A stretch of DNA of 64,000 bases, from the NCBI GenBank assembly GCA_011109175.1, contig RDEW01000010.1:1082796-1146795 (forward strand), in the 5' to 3' direction. Both the position numbers and the translations under genes were made by a program. The stretch comes from Dicyema japonicum. Lineage: Eukaryota; Animalia; Dicyemida. Positions within the stretch are counted from its first letter, which is position 1; each line of letters begins with the position of its first letter. A model generated the notes under the pieces. The model searched no databases. It was not told where the DNA came from and saw only the letters and a list, made by a program, of their open reading frames with translations. Positions 40,044 through 52,639 of this stretch are shown here, piece after piece.

Positions 40044-40962
40044 ATGAAAATAAAGTACAAAATTCTTTTGATTTTATTACTATTTCCGTTAATAATTTAT
40101 CAGACTATAACATTTAAGGTGGTCGAATCATAATATCTTAGGAAGTCATCGAAAGAGAGATATGGGGTGAAGAATTCATATTGGTAAGCGGCTACTACAA
40201 TATTGGAAAAATCATGAAATCTGGGGGAAGCCCGCGCCATCCTTTCATGTACTTCAAATGGATGTACAAATTCGAACTTATCAAAAACCACCTCGTCTTT
40301 TTTTCGGACGACCAGAAAATTCTGATCGCATGAAAAGAATCAGAAAAAATCTCCCCACTACATTATTGCACGTGAATAGATCAGAACTGTTTGGCTTCCG
40401 AAGAATTGAGGAAATAAAACATATATTCACGCTTCCTGGATTTGGCAAACATCCTCTTGAGACCGGCAATCCTGAGTATTCTGCTATTATGCATTCCAAG
40501 CACGACATGATTAAACGGACTATCAAACTCTTCTCTGATAAATTTTCATACGTTCTCTGGGTTGATGTTGGTATATTTCGCTCCGGGTATGCTGCAGCCA
40601 GGTTCTCATTAAGAACGTCAGATTATATGGACAAGACACGTGTGTTAGTAAGTCAAGTATTTAATTTCATTGATTATTCAATCGAGGAGATTGTCAAAGA
40701 TGCAAAAATCTGGTTATCTGCAGGCATTATGGGAGGTCATATTACTCCAATTTCCGAATTTTGTGTTGTCTATGAGAATTTCTTCAACAAGATGATCTCC
40801 ATGAATCTGATTGCCACTGATGAGCAAGTAATCTACTCCATGTACTCGAGTGAGGGACTTGAAATTATGAAGCACGACGTAAAGCTGAGTGTATTTCAAT
40901 GCAGTTATTTTGGACTTTACGTAATTTTCTCTAACATGACTTCTAGGCATTCCTGTCCGTAA
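40044..40962 (+). CDS. HtrL/YibB-like protein, copy 1 (N-terminal TM or signal)
   Basis: ILVSGYYNIG, NPEYSAIMHSKHDMI, VLWVDVGIFR, LSAGIMGG, TDEQVIYSMY; 23-nt intron after the TM; one frameshift near 40322; 3' end uncertain. Confidence 0.7.
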
Positions 40963-42269
40963 ATGATTTATTTATTATTAACACGAATAGGAACAAAATC
41001 CAAATTAAATGCCCACGTGTCCCCACACGAGACTATAACCGGTCGTTCACATGATAGCATTAGTGGATTGAATTCAAATAGTGGTAAGATTCTGGTCGTT
41101 GGGAATGATTCTGTAGTCACGTGTGACTCTTCTAGTCCACACTTGATTTCTTCTCTTGAGAGCATCCAATAGAGGCACTGTTAGTATTCAGGTCCTGGCA
41201 TGAGATGTCAAGACTGTGCAATTGAGCCGCGTCACTCAATCAACCAAAATGATTTATTTATGAAATTCGGTCGACGTAGCTAGAGGAGACGTCATTGGCT
41301 GTACGGAATCACATTCTCTCCCTTTGAGAAGGGTAAGCCGCTGATATTAGGTGCCACGTGCTTTAATTCCCCTTTTAATAAAAACGTGAAACAAAAGGCT
41401 GAGAGAAGTACGGGATAACAGGGAGTATGAGCAGGTCACTGCCTCTTCTCAAGAGACTATGGCTACGCTCAGAAGCTGTGATTTATGTGACTCCCCCAGT
41501 GATCTCCGTTGCTATAGTCAGAGAAGTTCATAAACTTACAAAATAGTAATCAGGGTTGAAGAGGCGTATTATAAATTCAGAAAAAGCTTCCCCCAAATAA
41601 CTAAACAGTTGCCGAAATAGAAAGTGACACGGTTCATTATTTTCTAAAAAATGATTTGAAATCAAAACTCTAGCATCCCCCACATGGAGACGTCCTACTG
41701 ATATAAGAAGTTCTCTTCAATTGCTCGAATGACATCAATGCCAAGGTACCGAGTCTTCTCGCTTGTTGATGCATGGTGACGACTCAGTCAGATCAGAGAG
41801 AATGCTATGTCTGACCAAGATCACAGTCTATCGAAGCCAATTGCTACTAATAGCTCTACCAGATATCTTTCACGTCCATTTCGAGTCTGGTGGTTCAGCT
41901 CAAACAGAGAGATCCTGAGCTTGTCTCCCAAAAATTATGATGTCCACAGTGTGGATTAATACGAAGGTACTCTAATGCTTCGTGTCTCTATCGGATATTT
42001 CGCTAAAAGACACGGCCGATGAGCATGTCAAGTAAGTAAATGGAAGTGGAGAATATGTTCGTGTGGGGGTGTACTACCATTCACCCCCTATTTAGGTAAT
42101 ATATACTGGGATTACTACAGACTCTCTTATCGACGAGATCCGGTTCCGATTTCAGATTTGGTCTCCGAAGTTTAATTTAAGCCACGTTTTGCAAAATGAA
42201 TTTTAGAACTCTTCTAATTCTCAGAACAATACCACGTGTTCCTGACAGAGTTCAGATGCTTCCCGGTTC

Positions 42270-42960
42270 GAGTCTCGCTAGTGTATATTTCATGTGAAGG
42301 TTGCATTCGTTTCAAGGACTCCTGGATTTATGAATGAAGCCTTCATCAGTGATACTCACTGTGGAACTGGATTGTCTACGGGAACTCACATGCAACCAAA
42401 TAGAAATGAGGTTGACTAAAATCTTGTTGCCTTGACCCCCTTCAGATGAGGGATGGATTCCGCAACTTTGTGTCCGTTCCTCTGGAAGCAAGAGCAGCTA
42501 CTCTACCTAACAGCCTCTCCTCTAATAAACCAACTACCTCAAAAACTACCCAAGATACAAGATAACCACTGGTCCTTTCTGGAGAACCATCTAGGATTCT
42601 CGTCCACGTCGAATAGGACATCCCCCATGTCGGTCTTGGGTCACTTTTAAGAACTTTCTTGTATTTTACCCGGTATTCCGTTTATTTCGATCTTTTAGAT
42701 CTCATTTTGATAGTTAACCCCCATATAATTCGGAAGACTGAGATGGTGACATACCCCCATTGCATGAAATATCTACCTAGTTTCATGGTGGGTAAAAACC
42801 TTGTCTCCCTTTTTCTAGTGAGCACCGACATGGTGACGGACTCAGGAGACATTGGAAACCCGAAGTTCTGAACAGTGGAAGTGTCGGGTATATGCAGGAT
42901 CTCATCCAACTCAAAATTGAAAGAACTTGGAAGATCATCTGTGTAAATTGCCACGTGTCG
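42270..42960 (-). mobile_element. LINE RT relic
   Basis: AIYTDD followed by thumb-like LPTMKLG...IIWGLTI. Confidence 0.45.
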
Positions 42961-43979
42961 TAAACCGGTTAATTGAAAGTTAAAATTTAAAATTAATTTA
43001 TTTAAAGTTAACACATTTTATTCTTTTTTCCCGCTTTTTGGAATGTCGTGGAAAACGTGCGAAATATTACCATGATTCGAATGATGATGACAACATCCAT
43101 GATTCTAAAATATGGAGGACCGTTTAACCAATTTATTCCCTAAACTGTCGATCATCAACCTCTGCATTGCCATTTGGTTCATCTGGGCGTTTTGGATCAT
43201 CATCATCTCATAGTAATCTAATATTAAGCCCTTCTATGACCTTCCTTCTTCGTACCTCCTCGGTTTACAGCCGGTTCAGGAATATCAGGCATAACTTGAG
43301 GGATCGAGCACGTGCAAGGACATTCCTGATCACCTTCCACGTGCTCCCACTGTTTAAATTGGTCCTCACAACAACCGTCTAATTTAAATTCTTTATGATT
43401 AACAGTTTCCGTGAGAATTGTCGCAGCTTGAACACTGGCACGTGCACTGTTTGTTCTAAAAATTAACTTAAATAAACGTCAAGATTTCTCAGAAGCCTAT
43501 TTTGGCTTAAAAGAGCTCGGTAAAGGCGGTAGTCGTAACTATGGTCCCTGCAGTCGTCTGAAGTAACCTTAAAGATCACCGCAATCTGGCGATTTTGGAT
43601 GCTTAAATCGTCGTTTGGCGTTTTCCAGTTTCTACGGTAGAAACCCTGAATGACCTTTTTGATCATCTTGGCTCGAATTCTGATTAGTCCCTCATTGATG
43701 TCTTGATCACTGCTTGTATACATCGACGTAATCTGAGAATTCTCTTTATAAAGAGATTGCCTGGATACGTCGACTTACCGAAACATCAATCGCTTGACGT
43801 AATAACAATTATTTGCTTTTAGAAATTTCTAAGTACATTTTACGCATTAAACTTGAATATTTGAACTTAAGCTTCGTACTGATGACTCAGACCAGAAAAC
43901 ATAGCGGTTAGTCCCGCTTTGGGTTCGGTCCCACGGTTCCTGATTGATCGAAGGATTTCCTTTATACTCTTTGCCTTCT

Positions 43980-44910
43980 TAATGAGTCAGCGAAATGATT
44001 CTTGTCCAAGTGAAACGCTGTTTAAGTTGCCTCTCGAGATCGCAACGTAGATCAACTGGAGAAGCCACCGAGTCTTGCATGTGTCGTTGCTTTTTAATGT
44101 AGCTAAACGTCTACGTTTCTTCAGAAAACGAAGCGATTTCCCGCTTAATCTTCCTGTTACTAAACTGAAATGTAGCAGAACGTAACTCGATCGTGCAACG
44201 CTTACTATTTTTTCTTTTGTTTTTTTTCCGCGCATACAGTATTTCTACCACGCCCTCGACAATGTTAGATGAGCAAAGGGGGTCGACCCACGTAGCGTCC
44301 CATATCAAAAGCTTTCCCTCCTCGAATGGAAAAATTGTGATTCCGTCCTGTCTTGTTCCGTCTCCCTTGTCCAGGCCAACAGGTTCAAGTATGGAGAGGT
44401 CCACCAGACTCCAGGACTCGCTTGACAATTCCATTGATTGCCTTATGTCTTGGGATTCGTCCTGTACATCTTCGACAAGAAAGGGCATGATATCCATAAC
44501 AGTCGAAAGGTACCACCACATCTGGCAAATCTTCAGTTCTAGTCTAGTGGAGATACCGATGAGGACAATATCGTCATCAAGGTGGGTCCCGACGCTACAA
44601 ACGAGGAGGGCATTGATCCAAGCGTCACTCTATTCGCATCATCCAGTGAAAAGACAGGCACATCGACGCTGGTATGATTGCCTTTTATCTTCGCAGATGG
44701 TCCTGTAACGGTCTTTCTGCTAAGGCATCTTCACTCTCAAATGCTCCATATCTGTGATCTCCGACACCTCTGTGTGTAGTTGGAGAATCATCTTGATCAG
44801 TAGTTGACTGAGTGCTAAATCCTTTGGTGAAGGGATTCCCAGTCCATCAAAGCTAACGGGTAAGGTTGCATGGTCCCATCGTCGGCAGTCAAATTTAACA
44901 TTTGCGAGAC
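43980..44910 (-). mobile_element. CRE-clade LINE C-terminal half (restriction-like endonuclease)
   Basis: ATLPVSFDGLGI, SDAWINAL, EPVGLDKGDGTRQDGITIFPFEEGKLLIWDATWVDPL. Confidence 0.8.
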
Positions 44911-45004
44911 GTTCGATAGTGGTCGGGAAGAGTATATTAAAATAGATTTTAAATTTAAAAAAATAAATAAATTTTAAAATTAAATATTGGTAATATATCG
45001 TTTA

Positions 45005-46729
45005 ATGGACGAGTCATTCATAAAATATAAAAAATGGCTAAAAGAAGCATTAAAAAAGGAAATTGACAGCAAAAAAGTAAGAATAATATTTAAAAGTTAA
45101 CTGTTTGTGATGCAGAATTGCGGGAATTATTAAAGTCGGCGTGCAATGAAATCAATACTTCAGTAGACATAGATTCATTTGAAGCGGTGGACAAGACATG
45201 TTGTGGGTGACATTCATATTGAAAAGCAACATTGAAGTGGTGGAGAAAATATTGTCAATCATTGAAACGTTGTCATGTATATTACTGTAGTGAGACCAAA
45301 ATGGAATATAATTTTATTTTCGTTCCGGAGGTCAGTGATATTTGCCGGGAGTCACTAAAACGCATGTGTAATGTGAAGATAGTAAATGTGCCAATATACC
45401 TGTACCCTGTGAGGCCCCACGTGCTCTCAATGGAGAGGGAGAATGCTTTCCGAGTATTATTGGTTATTAGCTGAGGACATATATTTATATAACGACAACT
45501 CAGTCTTGTTGGAAGTGAGTAAGGGGATAAATGAGCTTTGTAAAGTATATGGGGGAGTTGGGGAAATATTTGGGAAAGGAATACGTGCGGAGACACTAGC
45601 AAAGATGATAAAAGGGGGAGAGGGTGGCGATATTAGCTCACTCATAATATTTGAACGTCCGTGTGACTATGTGTCTTCGCTTATGAGTCAACTAACCTAT
45701 GCGGGGGTACTACAGGAGTGTATGGACAGGGGGATGATTGAGGGAAACAAATTATTGTGGAGTGATCCGATCTATCGGGAGATCGCTGGGAAGAGTTTCA
45801 ATGCTGTTGGACAGATTCTGAGTTCGAAATCACGACAACTAAGCAGCGACTATAAAAAGGGGATCGACAATATTTCGCAACTGAAGGAGTTCACCTCGAG
45901 GATCGAGTCTGTCCTTGACATCAAAACCAGTCTGTCAACACGTGGGTTGTATTATTACCATTGTAGACATATCAGTCGCCGAAATACTTAGTAGCTTTGT
46001 GAATGACCCCAAGTTCAGGGAATGCATATCACTGGAGCAGGGTTGCGTGTTATAGTGAACCAAGAGTTTGTGAGGTCACAAAATGTGGATCGAATGAGTA
46101 GTGTGTTGGAGGATGCCATAATACAAGAATATGATTTTGTCCAGATGATTCGTCTCATTTGTCTCCAATGTGTGTGTAATGGGGGGTTCGACCATAAACT
46201 GCTTTGTGATTATAAACGGGAACTGATCCACTCTTATGGATTCGGTAATTGCTTCCTCACACTCAACAATCTAAACAAAGTGGGGTTGCTGTTTCACAGT
46301 ACTAAGCACTCTATCATAAATACGTGTCCCCCACTTTATGAACCTGTCGATGAGGTCAACCCTACTGACCCCTCTTATGTCTTTGCCATCTATTCCCCTA
46401 TTATTGCCAGATTGGCCCACTCTATTTGTCGGAATCAAAGTACTGACCTTCTCAAGTCACTCCCTGGTCCCACTGTATCCCCCCCTATTAAGCAAAGTTG
46501 TGTATTGTTGATATTACAGATGATTCTATTTCTTCCTACAAAAATAAGATTGTTCTGATATTCTTCATTGGAGGAGTCACTGAGGCGGAGATCGCTGCAC
46601 TACGTTTCCTCTCCACAAGTCTGTATAATTTATAGTTTAGGTGGATATGACTTTGTTATTGCTACCACCAATATTATTTCTGGGCATAAACTCATTCATT
46701 CACTCACTGAGTCTACTCACTTTTATTAA
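45005..46729 (+). CDS. VPS33: Vacuolar protein sorting 33 (Sec1/Munc18 family), about 7 introns of 20-25 nt
   Basis: SMERENAFRDIYL, IFERPCDYVSSLMSQLTYAG, LEQEFV...IRLICLQCVCNGG, FIGGVTEAEIAALRFL, FVIATTNIISG. Confidence 0.88.
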
Positions 46730-47259
46730 TAAAACACTTTTTTGAGCAAAGCTGATATTTTTTGTATCAACTGGGGTCATTCGTTGCCTAAAAAGAGACG
46801 GTTTACTGGACAACCATCTCCCGCCAAGCAACCCCTGATGGAGATTCCAGAAGAATCCTATCGCAAATCCGCTTCGGATATTTTCACCTCTGGGATGGAT
46901 CAGAGTTTTGACGCCCCTAGTCTGACCAGTTTGGGGGTATTGTCAATCAAATCCTTTCCGGACAAGGACCATCAATGACACTAAGGGACATATGGGAGTT
47001 ACCAAGACTCTCAGCTGGGCTCTTGATGGCAGTCGGCCTCCTACATGTTAGTGAGGTTGGTCAACTAACTAATAGACATTTATTAAACACAGATCTGTAT
47101 AAATATGCATTTATTTGTGAGAAGTATGGCATCTCTAAAGGAAGTCCGATGAAGAGGGAAGAAATCTATGTTAAGGATTCATCTTTTTTACATATTATAT
47201 TAATTTTTATAAAAGTTATTTTTCTATATTTTATATTAAGCTTTTTATGAAGACACTCA

Positions 47260-48733
47260 TTTTTGGGGAAAACTTCACAATTGAAGAATTTTTGCCCCAT
47301 TTCAGGGTCGGACTGTATTTATAGTCAAGCTCTGGTGATTGAATGCGTTCCCTCTATCTGTTTGGGTGGAATTGGGTCCAACCAACCATCTCTCTTGTTG
47401 GCTGACCCACTCCTTTTACGTCAATGGTCTCCAAGAGGTTCATATTTGTAAAACACGGGGATGTCCGTAGTGAGAAAAGGTTTTTTATGGTAATGGAAAA
47501 GAAGATACTGTTATTAAAGTGATGAAAGTTGTTCGCGATTTCTTTCATGTTGCCGGCTTGGAGATGAATTCGGAAAAGTCACTTTCTAATGTAAAATCGT
47601 TATCATGTTGTGAGACTCTGGAAGGAGTCAGTGGATATCGACATTTGGGTGTTTTTGAAGACGAGGTAAGTAATGTTCTTAAATACAAAGTTATGGAGTC
47701 CATACTTACGTTACTCAAGTTGCATCTCAAACCTGCAAATAAAGAGAGGCTGTATTTGGACAGAAAGACTTTTGGAAGAGGACTTACCTCGATTTCGTTT
47801 AAGAGCGAATTAATACTCCTCCAGTTCCTTAAAAGTTTGGAAAAACAGTCGACTGTGTGTTTGCGAAGTTCGGGGATTCTGCGAGTAATAAAAACAAAAA
47901 ATGACACTTGGCTACAATCGCAGGATTTTTTAACGGCCCACGGAGCGAAGCATTGTACTGTCTTCTGCAAGATAGGAATTTGTTTTTCTCAAACACGGGA
48001 TCAATATGCAACCATTGTAAAAAAGCAGGAAAACTGTTGATCATTCGGCCACTCAGTGTGGTAAAATGCTAAACAGTGATTATCTCCGAAGACATAATGA
48101 AGTGGTAAAGTGTATTCATCTTTGTCGAGTATATGGAATCAAAAGAAGCAGGAAATTGAAAGGACATTCGGTTCAGTCAATATTGACGACTCGAAATGTC
48201 GAAATTAGAGTTGACACGTCGATTTTGACAGAAACAAAAGTCCAATTCAATAAACCTGATATTTTTGTTACGACAAAATAAAGACGGAAGTAACCTTAAT
48301 CGAAGTGGGCTTTACCTCACAAGACCGATTAAGGCAAGTTAAAGTTGAGAAACTTCACAAATATGACTTGCTTGCAAACGAACTTTCGCTACTCTATGAA
48401 TGCCAAGTGAAGATTATTCCAGTGGTTTTGACATGGGATGGAGTTGTCTCAAGATGCTTCAAGAATCATATGGATAAATTATCTATTGAAGAATCAACGA
48501 GGACTTACATCCAATCGGTTGGTCTGAAGAGAACGCTCGAATGTATGCTCATTAAACATAAGCATGGGATGAAGGCATACGATGAAGAGTACGACTCTGC
48601 ACCTCCCAACTTGTGGAACTGGCATTCCGTGAGGACAGTCCACTGGACTCAAACAGAGATATTTCGGCTGAATCTGATGTGGAGATGGGGAGTAACAGGG
48701 TGCTTATGGCACACTCTTCTAAGAAAAGATTAA
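47260..48733 (+). mobile_element. Decayed R4/NeSL-like LINE (RT, CCHC, restriction-like endonuclease)
   Basis: LEMNSEKS, RLYLDRKTFGRGL, DYLRRHNEVVKCIH, NKPDIFV, EVGFTSQD, KYDLLANEL, IIPVVLTWDG. Confidence 0.8.
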
Positions 48734-48739
48734 ATTTTT

Positions 48740-49984
48740 TGGATACGTAAAAGTGAGGACAAAAATTGGTTATTTAATGGGAAATATTTTTATTAAATCG
48801 GGGTTTTTGCAGAGAACCTTCGATAGTCTCGTCCATCTATTTGCATTTTCTGCCTTTATGTTATTGTCGATCTCTTTTCGTATTTTTCTATTCTCTCTGT
48901 TGGCGATTTTACCATCTTTAGATTATTTCGTTCTCTGATCAGACGTTTCGTCGTTGTGTTGAAACGCTTTGATGACGTAGGTTGTCTCCCCATAGGAATG
49001 TAATTCTTTTTCGCAGCGTTTATGGTGGAGTTGAACCATTTCACTAATTGTTCGACGGAGGGAGGAGTGGGGAAATTTAATAGTCCAATACAATTATCGA
49101 CGTATTCCTTGAATCCTCTCCAATTCGCAAGGCTGTAGTTAGTTATCATTGGGCATTGTCCTTTTATCCGTGACCTTGTTTTGACCTCCAAAAATTGGAT
49201 TGTGGTCACTCTGGTGTCATACTTCACTGACCAGTCAGTAAGAGGGGCCAAGGACGGTGGTGACAATGAGATGTCGATAGAAGAAGGTTTATTGTTACGT
49301 CGAGTAGGTGTTCTTGTATGAGATGCAGGATCGTTGAGTATACATAGGCTGTGTAGGTCCTCAATTATCATCTTCTCTCTTTTGTCGTAGGTTTGTCCTG
49401 TCAGCCACAGTGGGTGCTTCGCATTGAAGTCACCACAGATAATCACGTCCTTTAGTGATGCGAGAGGAGTGAGTCTGGGGGCACTGGACGAGAGGAACTC
49501 AACGGTGGGAGATATGCGTTGACAATTATTATTGATAGTCTTGGGAATCGTACTTTGGTAACCAAAAGTGCACGATTTCCATATCCTTTAAGCATAGTGT
49601 AAGCACTGTTAGTTAAGTCCTCAAACGGAATGCCGTTCCGGATCACTGTGAGAAGACCCCCACCAATTCTGTTCACTGTGAATTACTGTGAACCCGGAAA
49701 TACGGATGTTGAATTCTTTGGAGAAAGTTTAGACTCTTGAATTAGCAACAGATCGATGTGATTTTCTTTCACAAATGTCCGAAGTTCGAGCATCTTGTTC
49801 TTGATTCCATTTATGTGATTGGACTATTCTGGCTGGTCCAGGGTTTGCCTCAACGTCTCCGCAGCGGCGCAGGCCTTCCTTATTGGTCCACCCGTGAGGA
49901 TAGGGAAAATGTGGTTCTTTTTTCCAAATGCCACCACGTCGTCGGCGAGCCACATGACATTATCACCATCGATTTTTACTAGGG
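48740..49984 (-). mobile_element. Ingi-like LINE 5' part: 5' pseudoknot, 2A peptide, APE endonuclease
   Basis: Begins CCCTAG; GDVEANPGP; LLLIQESKL, GGGLLTVI, NAYLPP, CGDFNAKHPLW, SSIDIS; frameshifted. Confidence 0.8.
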
Positions 49985-49989
49985 AGTTT

Positions 49990-50280
49990 TTAAACTTTCA
50001 GAAAATATGAAAAGCAGGTATTCCAACCTCCAAATATTTGGTTTAAGTATAGAATCTGATTGGATTTCCAACAGTTCCATTTTTGAGCTTTCATCTGCAC
50101 TGGAGACATTAAAAGAGAATGGTGTGTGAATAATGGAAATTGTTGTTCAAAAGACGATAAATCATTAAATCTTTCTTGAAATTCCCTTAACAACGATTCT
50201 AGTCTTTCATAATGGGAAAATTCATTACAGTTTGTGCATCAACAACTCTGTGCACGTAGGAAAATGAACTAAATCTTCAT
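49990..50280 (-). mobile_element. hAT C-terminal relic
   Basis: REFQERFNDLSSFEQQFPLF. Confidence 0.55.
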
Positions 50281-51198
50281 GAGACTTCCATAATTTATTT
50301 TCGAAATAAAACACTTGATATCATCTGACTATCTCTCATCCTGAGAGGGTATAGCCACTCAGTCAGGGCGGCCGCTGTATGACCTTTTTGATTATCCTAC
50401 AAAAATAAACTTCTCAAAAAGTTAAATCTTTGTAACGTAACTTATTTATTTAGAACCTCGGATAACAAAAAGAAAGACAGAAAACATCAAATAGTTAGGT
50501 GATCCCAGTTTCAGTAATCAACTGCGCCATCCAACGTCTTTGATCTCCATCGTTCCATTACCGTACGAAAGAGTCTTCGCTCATTCCTGTAGAGGAATCC
50601 GATTAGAGAAGATAACTTTTCAACCAATAGGTTTTCTTTTGGATTGGGAAACTCCTTTTTTGTTCATATATATTTAACTAGATACCTGTGCAGCTCCACT
50701 TGAGGGCCTGTACGCGAGCTTCGATTATTGACAAACGACGCTGAGTCTCTTCTGGGAACAATTCCAATATTAATGAGCGTGCACAGATGTCTAGTTTTGA
50801 TTTTAAGTGCTTAAAAGATTTGAAATAATTATTTCATTATTGTATTTGTAAGAAGAGTGTTTAAATAAGCGGTTTAAAAAAGTTTTGATTTTTTACCATG
50901 TGGGGTTTCTCCCATTGTCCCCCATCTCCGGGATCTCTGGGATATTGTATTAGTGCCTAGAAATGATTAAAGTTGAAAGTTTTAAAATTAGCATTGAAGG
51001 TCACGCCACTTGACATGAGTGATATTGATCGAAATTTTCTCAGTCTTCATATCTGATTTACTCATTTTCGGCAATGTTTTCATTTATTCAAAACTTTTTT
51101 AAAATTAAAATCCGTCCATTTATCCGCGAGTTATCATGCCACTGAATGTAGAAGATTAAGTATGGCCGAAAAATTCTTCCATTGGATGGTGTTTCTTC

Positions 51199-52613
51199 GG
51201 TTGTAGGAAAAAAAGTCAAGTGGAAAAAAGGTCAAGCGAAAAAAAAGTCAAGTTGTCTTTTTTTAGTTTATATCGCATTTTTGTGATACTACTAGCATTT
51301 TTTAATTTTTAAAAATTTTTTCAATACTTGACTTTTTTTCCATCTTTGAAAATTTTTCCCTTATAAATTTTCGAAATTTAGCGCAAAACGGAAAAAAAGT
51401 CAAGTCCGTAATTTCGTTGACTTTTTTTCCGTTTATAAATTAAGATTTTTATTCATGATCGTTTCATTTTAAAGTAAGCGAGTATAGAATAACAAATTAT
51501 TTAAATAGTTAATTTTGGCTAATGTTAATGCTTTAGTTTGTAATTGCATTAAAATGTCCCGCCACAACTAAAACTACACGTGGTGAAAATAAATTCTAAA
51601 AATAAAACAGATTTTTTCTACTTTTAAAATTTTTTAAAATGTTATAAACATATGATTTTTATTTAACGTGAATCAAGGGATTATTTAATGTGAATCAAAA
51701 GAATATTTAATATTCCATGCAATTGCTTTTAGGGCTTCTACTATTTTTTCCGTCCTGGCGATCCAGACATATATTTAAAAGCCTTTTTTGTCTATCAATC
51801 GTTTTTTTATTTGTTCTTGTTGAAATTCTTTTTCCAATGGAATCCTGGTCAATAATAGTTTTCGTCATTTTTTCTTCTTTTTGAAATGACGATGTAATAT
51901 TCCACATCGATGGATGACGATATCCCGTCAAATTGTATAATTTATTGTTCCACCCCTCACAATAGTTATTTGTTCTTTGTTTATTATTGAGTGTAGCTTC
52001 ATATTCCATAAATTTGGAGGAAACAATGGAGCAATGTGCTGTATTCTAACAGTAAGGGGTTTTATTATCATTTAAGCAACGATGATAACCGCGAACATAT
52101 GTTCGATCAAAATAATCTAATATATATTTTGAATCTGGAACATTTCCTGGCATATTAGGAATTCTATTCCTTCTTCCATATCTTCAATGGGTAAAAAACG
52201 CAAGACGTCTATCATTGCGCATAATATTTAAGATACGCTTGATTATAACCTTGAAATCCGTATATTGATTAAGTCAAAAAGATTAAACCAAAGCGAAAAA
52301 AGTCAAGTCAATTTTATTATTACTTGAAATTCTTAAATTGATTTAGTCAAAGCGATTGTACCAAAGCGGAAAAAAAGTCAAGTCCGCTAACGAAATCACG
52401 GACTTGACTTTTTTTCCGTTTTGCGCTAAATTTAGAAAATTTATAAGGGAAAAATTTTCAAAAATGGAAAAAAAGTCAAGTATTGAAAAATTTTTAAAAA
52501 TTAAAAGATGCTAGTAGTATCACAAAAATGCGATATAAACTAAAAAAAGACGACTTGACTTTTTTCCGCTTGACTTTTTTCCCCTTACGGACTTGACTTT
52601 TTTTCCGCACTCC
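51199..52613 (-). mobile_element. Internally deleted Mutator-like element (MULE)
   Basis: About 230-bp TIRs built on GGAAAAAAAGTCAAG repeats; 8-bp TSD GTTTCTTC at 51191-51198 and 52614-52621; RTNNYCEGWNNKL...HPSMW transposase tail. Confidence 0.88.
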
Positions 52614-52639
52614 GTTTCTTCACCCGTCCGTAGAATATG

